NCBI GenBank assembly: GCA_020248405.1
Contig: JADCHQ010000033.1
Span: 2,791-66,790, forward strand
DNA length: 64,000 nt
Direction: 5' to 3'
DNA from: Rhodocyclaceae bacterium
Lineage (GTDB): Bacteria; Pseudomonadota; Gammaproteobacteria; Burkholderiales; Ga0077523
Below are positions 51,611-63,779 of the stretch, one piece after another; position 1 is the stretch's first letter; each line of letters starts with the position of its first letter. The notes beneath the pieces are model-generated. The model ran no database searches. It was given only the letters and a program-made list of their open reading frames with translations, and was not told where the DNA came from. Made by a program: the position numbers and the translations under genes.

Positions 51611-51931
51611 GGTTGGCGGTTTGGCGGCATGAAGGGTGGTAAACCGGTGACAAGAATCTGCCGCGGGGGCGGGGGAGGAATCTACGGTGTGCCCGGGAAG
51701 GATTACTGGTGGTGGCAGGCGACAAATCCGCGGCGCCGTCGAGCAACCGCGCCATTTTGGCAACTGAATGCCGGCACGGTTGACAGGCCATTGGGCCCTG
51801 AGGCAGCACGGCGTTTGGATTGTTCCCCGTGAGTGTTGAATGCAACCAAGCGACCCATTGGTCCAGCGATGTAGGTTGGGGCGGCGGGTGTCACCGGCAA
51901 GGGATCGCTGGCCCGCGCGTTGCGGGTTTGA

Positions 51932-52318
51932 TCAGGGAGCAGGCACGGATTCCACCACCAGCGCCGCGGCCACCTTTCGGCCTTCAGCCAGCAGGATGTT
52001 GTAGGTGCGGCAGGCTGCGCGGGTATCCATGGTTTCAACGCCAATGCGGCGGGCCGAAAGGCCGGCCGTGAGCCTGGGGTGCAGCAGATGCAGCCGCGCA
52101 CCGGTGCCCACCAGGAGAATTTCCATCGGCAGCGCTTCCAGAGCGGCGAAGCTGTCGACCGTCAGATCGGCAGCGGTGCGCGGCGGCCAGGGGTCGATCA
52201 GGCGGTCGGGCAACACCACGAGGCTGGCGACGTGGCGGCGTTGGTTCACCATCACGTAGCCATCGCCGTAGCCCGAGAAGGCGTTCAAGCCTACGAAGCG
52301 GTCGAGATGAAGTTTCAA
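51932..52318 (-). CDS. Mth938-like (DUF498) small protein
   Basis: 128 aa with ..FSGYGDGYVMVNQRRH..ILLVGTGARL..GVETMDTRAACRTYNILLAEGR... Confidence 0.65.
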   Translation of the reverse strand: MKLHLDRFVGLNAFSGYGDGYVMVNQRRHVASLVVLPDRLIDPWPPRTAADLTVDSFAALEALPMEILLVGTGARLHLLHPRLTAGLSARRIGVETMDTRAACRTYNILLAEGRKVAAALVVESVPAP

Positions 52319-52443
52319 AGGGTTCGGGCGCCGGTTTGCCGCTGGTGGAAAAGCTCCCGTAACATTATCACTTCAAGGCACAGTCGCCACGTGTTCCGGG
52401 CCGCTGGCGCGCCTGCCCATCCGCCCCCTCAAGGTAGTGTTAC

Positions 52444-53646
52444 ATGCACGACTTCCCGCGCATCAAGCGCCTCCCGCCCTATGTGTTCAACATCACGGGC
52501 GAGCTCAAGATGGCGGCCCGCCGGCGCGGCGAGGACATCATCGACTTGTCCATGGGCAACCCCGATGGGCCCACGCCCCAGCACATCGTGGACAAGTTGG
52601 TGGAGACGGCGCAGCGTGGCGACACCCACGGGTATTCGGTGTCCAAGGGCGTGCCGCGATTGCGCCGGGCCATCGCCCAGTGGTATCAGCGCCGATTCGC
52701 CGTGGATATTGATCCGGAGCAGGAGGCCATTGTTACCATTGGGTCCAAGGAGGGACTGGCGCACCTGATGCTGGCCACCCTGGATCGTGGTGACACGGTG
52801 CTGGTGCCCAATCCGAGTTACCCGATCCACATCTACGGGGCCATCATCGCCGGGGCGGATATCCGCTCGGTGCGCATGACGCCCGGCACCGACTTCTTCG
52901 AGGAACTGGAGCGCGCCATCCGAGAATCGTTCCCGAAGCCCAAGATGATGATCCTGGGTTTTCCCAGCAACCCCACGGCGCGCTGCGTGGAACTGTCGTT
53001 CTTCGAGCGCGTGGTGGCGCTTGCCCGCCAGCACGGCATTCTTGTGGTGCATGACCTTGCCTACGCGGACATCACCTTCGACGGCTATGTGGCGCCTTCC
53101 ATCATGCAGGTGCCCGGCGCACGCGAGGTGGCGGTGGAGTTCTTCACCATGTCCAAGAGCTACAACATGGCCGGTTGGCGCGTGGGCTTCATGGTGGGCA
53201 ATCGCGAGCTGGTGGCGGCGCTGGCGCGCATCAAGAGCTATCATGACTATGGCACCTTCACCCCGATCCAGGTGGCCGCCATCGTGGCGCTGGAGGGCCC
53301 CCAGGATTGCGTGGAAGAGATTCGCGCCACGTACCAGCGGCGCCGTGATGTGATAGTGCGCGGCCTGCACGAGGCTGGCTGGATGGTGGAGATCCCCAGG
53401 GCTTCCATGTATGTGTGGGCCGAGATCCCCGAGCACTACAGGGCCCGTGGCTCGCTGGAGTTCGCCAAGAAGCTGCTTGCCGAGGCCAAGGTGGCGGCGT
53501 CACCAGGTATCGGATTCGGCGAGTACGGCGATACTCACGTGCGCTTTGCCCTGATCGAGAACGAGGCGCGTATCCGGCAGGCGCTGCGTGGCATCAAGGA
53601 GATGTTTCGCAAGGACGGCTTGCTGCCGCGCGCGGCGGCGGCCTGA
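52444..53646 (+). CDS. alaC: Class I/II aminotransferase, AlaC-type glutamate-pyruvate aminotransferase
   Basis: Near-colinear match by memory to E. coli AlaC: [34 protein letters not shown].., ..[17 protein letters not shown].., ..[13 protein letters not shown]... Confidence 0.88.
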   Translation: MHDFPRIKRLPPYVFNITGELKMAARRRGEDIIDLSMGNPDGPTPQHIVDKLVETAQRGDTHGYSVSKGVPRLRRAIAQWYQRRFAVDIDPEQEAIVTIGSKEGLAHLMLATLDRGDTVLVPNPSYPIHIYGAIIAGADIRSVRMTPGTDFFEELERAIRESFPKPKMMILGFPSNPTARCVELSFFERVVALARQHGILVVHDLAYADITFDGYVAPSIMQVPGAREVAVEFFTMSKSYNMAGWRVGFMVGNRELVAALARIKSYHDYGTFTPIQVAAIVALEGPQDCVEEIRATYQRRRDVIVRGLHEAGWMVEIPRASMYVWAEIPEHYRARGSLEFAKKLLAEAKVAASPGIGFGEYGDTHVRFALIENEARIRQALRGIKEMFRKDGLLPRAAAA

Positions 53647-53748
53647 GGGTGGCGCAGCTCGCCACGGGTACCGCGCTGGCGATGGCCGGTGCGGGCCTCC
53701 GGCTCCGCGGCCAGCCCTGAACCCGCTTTGTTTTCCGGACTGCATCCC

Positions 53749-55059
53749 ATGACCCCCATTCGCGTAGGTTTGCTCGGCATCGGCACCGTGGGCAGCGGTA
53801 CCTTTCGGGTGCTTGCCCGCAACCAGGAAGAAATCACCCGGCGTGCCGGGCGCGGCATCCGTATCGATGTGGTGGCTGACCGCGACAACGCGCGAGCGCG
53901 GGCCGTTGTGGGCGATGCGGCACGCATCACCGAAGACGCCTTTGCCGTTGTGCGCGATCCCGCCATCGACATCGTGGTAGAACTGATCGGCGGCTACACC
54001 ACGGCCCGGCAGCTCATGATGGAGGCCATTTCCCACGGCAAGCACGTGGTGACGGCCAATAAGGCGCTGCTGGCGCTGCACGGCAATGAGATTTTTCAGC
54101 ACGCCCGGGAAAAGGGCGTGATGGTGGCCTTCGAGGCGGCCGTGGCCGGCGGCATTCCCATCATCAAGGCGCTGCGCGAGGGGCTCACGGCAAATCGCAT
54201 CCAGTGGATTGCCGGGATCATCAACGGCACGTCGAACTTCATCCTCTCGGAGATGCGAGACAAGGGGCTTCCCTTCGACGCCGTGCTGGCCGAGGCCCAG
54301 CGCCTGGGCTATGCCGAGGCCGACCCCACCTTCGACGTCGAGGGCATCGACGCCGCCCACAAGCTCACCATCATGTCGGCCATCGCCTTCGGCATCCCCA
54401 TGCAGTTCGAGCGCGCCTACACCGAGGGCATCGCCGGGCTCACCCGCGAGGACATCCGCTACGCCGAGGACCTGGGCTACCGCATCAAGCTGCTGGGCAT
54501 CACGCGTCGCACCGATCAGGGCATCGAGCTTCGGGTGCATCCCACCCTGATTCCGGCACGGCGCCTGATCGCCAATGTGGAAGGGGTGATGAACGCGGTG
54601 CTGGTGAAGGGCGATGCGGTGGGTGCGACGCTGTACTACGGCGCCGGCGCTGGGGCCGAGCCCACCGCCTCGGCAGTGGTGGCCGATCTGGTGGACGTGA
54701 CCCGCATGCACACGGCCGATCCGGAAAACCGCGTGCCCCATCTCGCCTTTCAACCCGACCAGCTGGCGGACACGCCCATCTTGCCCATGGAGGAGGTGCG
54801 CACCGGCTATTACCTGAGGCTGCGGGCCCTTGACCGGCCGGGCGTGCTGGCCGACATTACCCGAATCCTCGCCGACCACGCCATTTCCATCGACGCCATG
54901 GTGCAAAAGGAACCCGCCGAGGGGGCGAACCAAGCCGAGATCATCCTGCTCACGCACCTCACGCTCGAGGGCGACGTGAATGCCGCCATTTCACGCATCG
55001 AGGGCTTGCCCAGCGTGGTGGGGCGGGTGGTGCGCATCCGTCAGGAAGACCTGAGCTGA
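53749..55059 (+). CDS. hom: Homoserine dehydrogenase
   Basis: Internal ATG of track ORF 53689..55059. The NAD-binding fold is IRVGLLGIGTVGSG. Also present are GIINGTSNFILS and a C-terminal ACT domain. Confidence 0.92.
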   Translation: MTPIRVGLLGIGTVGSGTFRVLARNQEEITRRAGRGIRIDVVADRDNARARAVVGDAARITEDAFAVVRDPAIDIVVELIGGYTTARQLMMEAISHGKHVVTANKALLALHGNEIFQHAREKGVMVAFEAAVAGGIPIIKALREGLTANRIQWIAGIINGTSNFILSEMRDKGLPFDAVLAEAQRLGYAEADPTFDVEGIDAAHKLTIMSAIAFGIPMQFERAYTEGIAGLTREDIRYAEDLGYRIKLLGITRRTDQGIELRVHPTLIPARRLIANVEGVMNAVLVKGDAVGATLYYGAGAGAEPTASAVVADLVDVTRMHTADPENRVPHLAFQPDQLADTPILPMEEVRTGYYLRLRALDRPGVLADITRILADHAISIDAMVQKEPAEGANQAEIILLTHLTLEGDVNAAISRIEGLPSVVGRVVRIRQEDLS

Positions 55060-56519
55060 TGCGCTACGTCTCCACCCGCGGCGCGGCGCGCGCGGCGCCA
55101 CTGGGTTTCACCGACATCCTGTTGGCAGGCCTGGCCGACGACGGCGGCCTGTATGTGCCGCTGGAATACCCGCGCATCACGGCGCTGCAATTGCAGGCAT
55201 GGGCCCGCTTGCCCTATGCCGATCTGGCCTTCGAGGTGCTGTCGCGCTTTGCCGCCGATCTGCCAGCCGATACCTTGCGCGATTTGTGCCGCCGCACCTA
55301 CACGGCGGCGGTGTTCGGCAACGGCCGCGATCCGGCCCGGGCGGCGGAGATCGCGCCGCTGCGGCCGCTGGGCGTGGAGGGCGGCGCGGCGCTGGCGCTG
55401 CTGGAGCTCTCCAACGGCCCCACGCTCGCCTTCAAGGACATGGCCATGCAGCTGCTTGGCCAGCTCTTCGAGCATGTGCTGGGCGCCACCGGGGCCGAAC
55501 TCAACATCCTCGGCGCCACTTCGGGCGATACCGGCAGCGCCGCCGAGTACGCCATGCGCGGCCGCCGAGGCCTGCGGGTGTTCATGCTCACGCCCCACGG
55601 CCGCATGAGCCCGTTTCAGGCAGCGCAGATGTACAGCCTGCGCGAACCCAACATCTTCAACCTGGCCGTGCGCGGTGTGTTCGACGATTGCCAGGACATC
55701 GTCAAGGCGGTGTCGGCAGATGCCGCCTTCAAGGCAGGCCAGCGCATCGGCGCCGTCAACTCCATCAACTGGGCCCGGGTGGTGGCCCAGGTGGTGTACT
55801 ACTTCAAGGGTTATTTCGCTGCCGCGCCACGCATTGGCGATCCCGTGTCCTTCACGGTGCCGTCGGGCAATTTCGGCAACGTGTGCGCCGGGCACATCGC
55901 CCGAATGATGGGTCTGCCGATCCGGGCCCTGGTGTGCGCCACCAACGAGAACGACGTGCTGGACGAGTTCTTCCGCACGGGGGTGTACCGGGTGCGCGGT
56001 GCCGCCGATACCTTCCAGACCAGCTCGCCTTCCATGGATATCTCCAAGGCAAGCAATCTTGAGCGCTTCGTCCACGATGTGGTGGGCGGCGACCCGGCAA
56101 GGCTGGCGGGGCTCTGGCGGCAGGTGGAACACCATGGCGGCTTCACGCTGGATGACGGCGCCATGGCTGCGGTGCGCGAGCGCTTCGGTTTTCGCTCCGG
56201 TTGCAGCAGCCATGCCCACCGCATTGCCACCATCCGCGACGTGGACCAGCGCTATGGCGTGGTGATCGATACCCACACGGCCGACGGCGTGAAGGTGGCG
56301 CGCGAGCATCTGGAGCTTGGCGTTCCCATGGTGGTGCTGGAAACCGCCCAGCCCGCCAAGTTTACCGAGGCGGTGGAGGAGGCGTTGGGACGCCCGGCGC
56401 CGCGCCCGCTGGCCTTCGAGGGCATCGAGCGTCTGCCTCAGCACTTCACGGTGATCGAATCCGATGTCGAGGCGGTGAAGCGTTTCATTGCCGCTCATAC
56501 GGGCATCGTTGCCGCATGA
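55059..56519 (+). CDS. thrC: Threonine synthase (long form)
   Basis: Diagnostic sequence: MRYVSTRG, LELSNGPTLAFKDMAMQLLG, ATSGDTGSAA. Its start overlaps the hom stop (TGATG). Confidence 0.92.
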   Translation: MRYVSTRGAARAAPLGFTDILLAGLADDGGLYVPLEYPRITALQLQAWARLPYADLAFEVLSRFAADLPADTLRDLCRRTYTAAVFGNGRDPARAAEIAPLRPLGVEGGAALALLELSNGPTLAFKDMAMQLLGQLFEHVLGATGAELNILGATSGDTGSAAEYAMRGRRGLRVFMLTPHGRMSPFQAAQMYSLREPNIFNLAVRGVFDDCQDIVKAVSADAAFKAGQRIGAVNSINWARVVAQVVYYFKGYFAAAPRIGDPVSFTVPSGNFGNVCAGHIARMMGLPIRALVCATNENDVLDEFFRTGVYRVRGAADTFQTSSPSMDISKASNLERFVHDVVGGDPARLAGLWRQVEHHGGFTLDDGAMAAVRERFGFRSGCSSHAHRIATIRDVDQRYGVVIDTHTADGVKVAREHLELGVPMVVLETAQPAKFTEAVEEALGRPAPRPLAFEGIERLPQHFTVIESDVEAVKRFIAAHTGIVAA

Positions 56520-57142
56520 GCGGATTCGACGACGCCCGGGCCTTCTGGGACCAGCGTTTCGCGGCCCCGGAATACATCTTCGGCACCGAGTCCAACGCGT
56601 TTCTGGCTGCCCAGGCCCAGCGGCTGTCGCCTGGCATGCGGGTGCTGGATGTGGCCTGTGGCGAAGGACGCAATGCCGTGTGGCTGGCCCGCCAGGGCTG
56701 CCGTGTCACCGCCTTCGACATTTCTCCCTTGGCCCTGGAAAAGGCCCGGCGCCTCGCCGCCCAAGGGAGTGTGGAGGTGGAATTTCACGAGCAGTCGGTG
56801 GATGGCTGGCAATGGCATGGGGGTGCCTTCGACGCGGTGGTGTGCATCTTTATTCAGTTCGCGGAACCGGCGCAGCGCGAGCGTTTGTTCCAGGGGTTCC
56901 ACGACACCCTGGTTCCGGGCGGGCTGGTGCTGCTGCAGGGATACACGCCGAAGCAACTGGAGTACCGCACGGGTGGTCCGGGGCAGCGCTCGCACCTCTA
57001 CACGGCCCACCTGCTGCGCGAGGGATTCGCGCGCTTCGAGCTGCTGGAATTGCGCGAGCACGAGCAGCACCTTGCCGAGGGCAGCAAGCACGTGGGGTTG
57101 TCGGCCCTGGTGGACCTGGTGGCGCGCAAGCGCGCGCCTTGA
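56516..57142 (+). CDS. Class I SAM-dependent methyltransferase
   Basis: Internal ATG of track ORF 56201..57142 (MSGFDDARAFWDQRF). The SAM motif is VLDVACGEGRNAVWLA. Its start overlaps the thrC stop (ATGA). Confidence 0.75.
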   Translation: MSGFDDARAFWDQRFAAPEYIFGTESNAFLAAQAQRLSPGMRVLDVACGEGRNAVWLARQGCRVTAFDISPLALEKARRLAAQGSVEVEFHEQSVDGWQWHGGAFDAVVCIFIQFAEPAQRERLFQGFHDTLVPGGLVLLQGYTPKQLEYRTGGPGQRSHLYTAHLLREGFARFELLELREHEQHLAEGSKHVGLSALVDLVARKRAP

Positions 57143-57169
57143 GGCGGGTGTTGCCGCTGCGGCGCGGCG

Positions 57170-57838
57170 CTACCGGGCGTATTGCGGTAACTGGTGGAGT
57201 CCGTTCAGCACGGTGGCCGGTTCGACCCCCAGGCGGTCGGGCGGCCGGCCGGTGCGATTGAGCCAGAACACCCGCAGTCCGAAGGAGGCAGCGCCCGCGG
57301 CGTCCCAGTAGTTGGCCGACACGAACCCGATGTGCGCGGCGGGCTCTCCGAGGTGGTCCACCGCCAGGCGATACACCGCTGGGGTCGGCTTGAAGCTGCG
57401 CAGGCTGTCCACACTCAAGGTGGCTTGCAGATGGTGATCCAGCCCTGCGTGGCGCACGGCAGCCTCCAGCATGGCCGGCGAGCCGTTGGACAGGATGATC
57501 CGCGGACGCGGTGACAGGGCTTCGAGCGCAGCGTGGGCGTCGGCGAAGGCGGTGAGCGTGCGGTACGCGGCCATGAGGGCTGCCGCCACCGGCGCCTCCA
57601 ACGGCAACCCGAGCGATTCGGCCGCGTGTTCCAGAGCCTGGCGCGTGACGGTTTCGAAGTCGGCATAGCGGCCCATCAGGCTGCGCAGCCAAGTGTATTC
57701 CAGCTGCTTCTGGCGCCACAGGGCCGACAGCTGGGCGCCCTGGCCAGGGAAGTGGCGCTCTGCTTCACCTGCCACCGAGTGGACATCGAGCAGCGTGCCG
57801 TAGGCGTCGAAGATGAAGGCTTTCAGGGGGCTGTTCAT
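57170..57838 (-). CDS. HAD-superfamily hydrolase, type II haloacid dehalogenase-like
   Basis: The N-terminal HAD motif is AFIFDAYGTLLDV. Length is 222 aa. Confidence 0.8.
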   Translation of the reverse strand: MNSPLKAFIFDAYGTLLDVHSVAGEAERHFPGQGAQLSALWRQKQLEYTWLRSLMGRYADFETVTRQALEHAAESLGLPLEAPVAAALMAAYRTLTAFADAHAALEALSPRPRIILSNGSPAMLEAAVRHAGLDHHLQATLSVDSLRSFKPTPAVYRLAVDHLGEPAAHIGFVSANYWDAAGAASFGLRVFWLNRTGRPPDRLGVEPATVLNGLHQLPQYAR

Positions 57839-57867
57839 GATGGACCGGGTCGGTTTGCGTCGGAGGC

Positions 57868-58551
57868 TCAGGGTGTGCCGCCGCGCAGGTTGGCCGGCAC
57901 GGCCTCATGGATGCGCTTGGGCTCGGGCAGGCCGAGCGCGCCCATGATCTGGATGAATTTCTGGCGCGAGCGGCCCGCGAGCCGCGGGTTGGTAGCCTTC
58001 TCCTCGCCAATGGTGGATACGCGCCGGCCCTTGTAGTCGTGGCCAGGGTAGACCAGGGTGTCATCGGGAAGGGTGAAAAGCCGATCCGTGATGCTGTCGT
58101 AGAGCGCTCCGGCATCGCCATTCTGGAAATCGGTGCGACCGCAACCGCCGATCAACAGGGTGTCACCGGTGAGCTGCCGGTCGCGCCAGAGAAAGCAACT
58201 GGAGCCGGGCGTGTGGCCGGGGGTGGCGATGACGCGGATGCGCTCCTGGCCGAACGCGACGCACTCGCCGTCGGAGAGCAAACGGTCGAACCCGCTCGCG
58301 CCACAGTGCAGGCTTACGGGGGTACGCGCGCCGGTGCGCCCGCGCAGGGCCCGCGCGCCGGTGACATGGTCGGCGTGCACGTGGGTTTCGAGGATCCACG
58401 CAAGCTGCAGGCGGTGCTCAGCCAACAGGGCAAGATCGCGCTCCACATGCTCGCGTACGGAGTCCACGATGACGGCCTGCCCGCCGGACGGCTCGCCCAG
58501 CAAGTAGCTGTAGGTGGAGGAGTCGGGGTCGAACAGTTGCCGGAACATCAC
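57868..58551 (-). CDS. MBL-fold persulfide dioxygenase (ETHE1/Blh-like)
   Basis: Diagnostic sequence: MMFRQLFDPDSSTYSYLLGE.., ILETHVHADHVTGA, TPGHTPGS. Confidence 0.8.
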   Translation of the reverse strand: MMFRQLFDPDSSTYSYLLGEPSGGQAVIVDSVREHVERDLALLAEHRLQLAWILETHVHADHVTGARALRGRTGARTPVSLHCGASGFDRLLSDGECVAFGQERIRVIATPGHTPGSSCFLWRDRQLTGDTLLIGGCGRTDFQNGDAGALYDSITDRLFTLPDDTLVYPGHDYKGRRVSTIGEEKATNPRLAGRSRQKFIQIMGALGLPEPKRIHEAVPANLRGGTP

Positions 58552-59138
58552 TGTCCCTCGATGCGTTTCTTCACCGTGATGGCACCACGCACCTGCCCGG
58601 GCGCGTAGCCCACGGCGCGGTCGTGGGGATAGTCTGCCGCGAGGCGATCACGCACCGCCGCCGAGAGGCTTTCCGCGGGTCCGTGGCAGGCCAGGCACAG
58701 GGGTTGGACAGGGATGGCCTTGAGGTAACGGAAATGCCGGCCCTGGGGTTCGTCCACCATCTCGTGGTACTCAATGCTTTCGGGTTTTTCCCCTGCAGCG
58801 GCGCGGCGGTCGAAGTCTGCCAGCACGGCCTGTTCCCAGGCATCGGGCTGTCCGAGCATGGGGTTGCGCGGCTTGAGACTCACCCGCGCCAGACGCAGCC
58901 CTGCCTGGCGTGAAAGCGTGCCGGCAAGCTCGGGGGCCAACTGCCGGCATACCGCCACGGCACCCTCGGGCCCGGCGGCGCCCATTTCGCGACGCAGGGC
59001 TGTTCCCAGCTGCGTGGCGAGCTGCGCCGCCAGGGTGCGAGCTTCATCCAGGGGGGCGTTGTCGGCGGCAGGCGCCGCAGAGCAGGCCAGCACAGTGGCG
59101 CTCAGCAGCGCCAGGCGGGCGGACAGGCTTGGTTTCAC
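58548..59138 (-). CDS. Secreted DUF3365 (Tll0287-like) protein with a c-type haem motif
   Basis: The signal peptide is MKPSLSARLALLSATVLACSAAPA. The CxxCH motif is PLCLACHG. It overlaps the downstream dioxygenase gene by 4 nt. Confidence 0.7.
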   Translation of the reverse strand: MKPSLSARLALLSATVLACSAAPAADNAPLDEARTLAAQLATQLGTALRREMGAAGPEGAVAVCRQLAPELAGTLSRQAGLRLARVSLKPRNPMLGQPDAWEQAVLADFDRRAAAGEKPESIEYHEMVDEPQGRHFRYLKAIPVQPLCLACHGPAESLSAAVRDRLAADYPHDRAVGYAPGQVRGAITVKKRIEGQ

Positions 59139-59218
59139 GAAGGCTCTCCTCGGGGGGCAAGGTCGCAGTGTAGCCGCGCCGCGCGGTCGCCACAGTGACC
59201 GAGGTCACGGTACGGGAG

Positions 59219-59246
59219 TTGAAACGCCGCGGTCGGGCCCCCAGAT
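59219..59246 (+). promoter_or_regulatory. Sigma32 (RpoH)-type heat-shock promoter upstream of clpB
   Basis: TTGAAA (59219-59224), a 14-nt spacer, then CCCCAGAT (59239-59246). The consensus is CTTGAAA N13-15 CCCCATNT. It lies 36 nt before the clpB ATG. Confidence 0.6.
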
Positions 59247-59281
59247 CAGACCATCACTACCGGAACACCGACGAGGGACTC

Positions 59282-61891
<2,610 letters not shown>

Positions 61892-61927
61892 GCAGCGGCG
61901 ACGCCTCGCGAACCTTACGGGGATTCC

Positions 61928-63760
61928 TCAGGCCGCCTGTTCGAACAGCGCCCGGCGCGTCTCGGCCGCGGGCTCTGCCAGCAACTGCTCCATGTCCAGC
62001 ACCAGCACCACGGAGCCATCGCCGGACAGCGTGGCTCCGGCGATGCCCTTGGGCTTGACGTCTTCCAGAGGCTTTATGACCACGTCGTCGCGGCCCACGA
62101 AGCCATCAACGGCGAGTACGAAGTTGCGCAGGCCGCTTTGCATGTGCACTCCATAGGCGGGCGGGCGGGACTGAGGCCAGCCAATCAGGTTGGCCAGGGA
62201 GCGGATCGGCAGCACTTCTTCGCGCACCAGCATGGTGGGCCTGCCAGAGACTTCCTGGACTTCGTCCGGGCGGATGTTGACGATTTCTCTTACCAGCGCA
62301 AGCGGGACGGCGAAGGGCTGCTCGCCCAGCCGGACCACCAGGACGGGGAGGATCGCCAAGGTAAGAGGCAGGGCGATGACAATGGTGGACCCTTGTCCGG
62401 GAACGGATTTGACCTCGATGCGGCCATTGAGCTTGGTGATGTTGGTTTTCACCACGTCCATTCCCACGCCACGGCCGGAGAAGTTGCTGGCAGTGTCCTT
62501 GGTGGAGAATCCCGGCAGAAAGATGAGTTGAAGGGCATGCCGATCGTCCATGCTGGCGGCTGCCTCGGCGTCGATCAGGCCCTTTTCCACAGCTTTGCGG
62601 CGCAGCGCTTCCGGCTTCATGCCGCGCCCGTCATCACTGATTTCGATCATGATGTGATCGCCCAACTGCTGGGCGGACAGGCGAACGGTTGCGGTCTCCG
62701 GTTTTCCGGCGGCTTGCCGCTCCTCCGGCTGTTCAATGCCGTGGTCCACCGCGTTGCGAACGAGGTGGATCAACGGATCGCCCAGTTCCTCGATCATGGT
62801 TTTGTCCAGCTCGGTCTCCTCCCCGGAGAGCACCAGCTCCACGTGCTTGCCGAGTTGACGGGCCATGTCGCGGGCCACGCGCGGGTACTTTTGGAACAGC
62901 CGCCCGATGGGTTGCATGCGGGTTTTCATCACCGCGTTCTGCAAGTCGCCCACGAGCACGTCCAGGTGGCTTACGGCTTCGTCCAGGGAGCGCAGGGTGT
63001 CGGCCCCCGTCTTGCCCGCCAGAAGATCCGTGCGCAGGCAGTTGAGGCGATTTTTTGCAAGGCCGATTTCGCCCGAAAGGTTGAGGACTTGATCGAGACG
63101 AACAGTATCGATGCGAATGGTGGTTTCCTGTGAAACGACGACTCTGTCGGCTTCTCTACGCCCGGCGCGAGCGCCGTCGCTGTCGGGCTGATCGCTCACT
63201 CGCCGGCCCGCTGTTCGCTCCGTCACGGCTCGCACTGCCGGTGTGGTGCTCGCGGTGGATGCGACGCCCGTCACGGATTGCATGAGCGCTTCCCAATCGG
63301 GTTCAGCCGACGCGGGCGCCACGGCTGCCGCGGCGACTGCTGCCGGGGCAGAGACGACGAGCACAGGACTCCCGTCAATGGCGTGTTGAAGGGCGGCGAG
63401 CAGAGCGTCATCAGCAGATGGCGGCATTGCCCCTCTTTCGAGGAACGCGAACATGTCGCGGATCACCATGGTGGCCGACATGATCACGTCAAGCAGATCT
63501 GGCGATAGCGCAAGGGTAGCCTTGCGTAACTGGTCGAAAAGATTTTCGGTGAGGTGGCAAAGCTGGACCAGCTGCTGGACGTTGAGAAATCCGGCGCCTC
63601 CCTTGATGGTGTGAAACCCGCGAAAGATGTCATCGAGCAAGGCGCGGTCGCCCGGGCGCTTCTCCAACTCGACCAGCTTGTTGTCCACCTCGCCCAGCAA
63701 CTCGCCGGCCTCGGTGAGAAAGTCGGCAAGCAGGTCCTCCATGCCGGCAAAGTCGCTCAT
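61928..63760 (-). CDS. cheA: Chemotaxis histidine kinase CheA (second copy, 610 aa)
   Basis: Hpt domain with FHTIKGGAGFL. The HATPase region has DPLIHLVRNAVDHG, DDGRGM and GRGVGMDVV. A C-terminal CheW-like domain is present. Confidence 0.9.
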   Translation of the reverse strand: MSDFAGMEDLLADFLTEAGELLGEVDNKLVELEKRPGDRALLDDIFRGFHTIKGGAGFLNVQQLVQLCHLTENLFDQLRKATLALSPDLLDVIMSATMVIRDMFAFLERGAMPPSADDALLAALQHAIDGSPVLVVSAPAAVAAAAVAPASAEPDWEALMQSVTGVASTASTTPAVRAVTERTAGRRVSDQPDSDGARAGRREADRVVVSQETTIRIDTVRLDQVLNLSGEIGLAKNRLNCLRTDLLAGKTGADTLRSLDEAVSHLDVLVGDLQNAVMKTRMQPIGRLFQKYPRVARDMARQLGKHVELVLSGEETELDKTMIEELGDPLIHLVRNAVDHGIEQPEERQAAGKPETATVRLSAQQLGDHIMIEISDDGRGMKPEALRRKAVEKGLIDAEAAASMDDRHALQLIFLPGFSTKDTASNFSGRGVGMDVVKTNITKLNGRIEVKSVPGQGSTIVIALPLTLAILPVLVVRLGEQPFAVPLALVREIVNIRPDEVQEVSGRPTMLVREEVLPIRSLANLIGWPQSRPPAYGVHMQSGLRNFVLAVDGFVGRDDVVIKPLEDVKPKGIAGATLSGDGSVVLVLDMEQLLAEPAAETRRALFEQAA

Positions 63761-63779
63761 ATATCCTCCCTTGGGCTGC

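Noticed and set aside
51758-51772. Sigma54-like TGGCAA-N5-TGCC element
   Set aside because: The GG-to-GC spacing is one nucleotide short of the -24/-12 consensus. It also points on the plus strand into the 3' end of a minus-strand gene.
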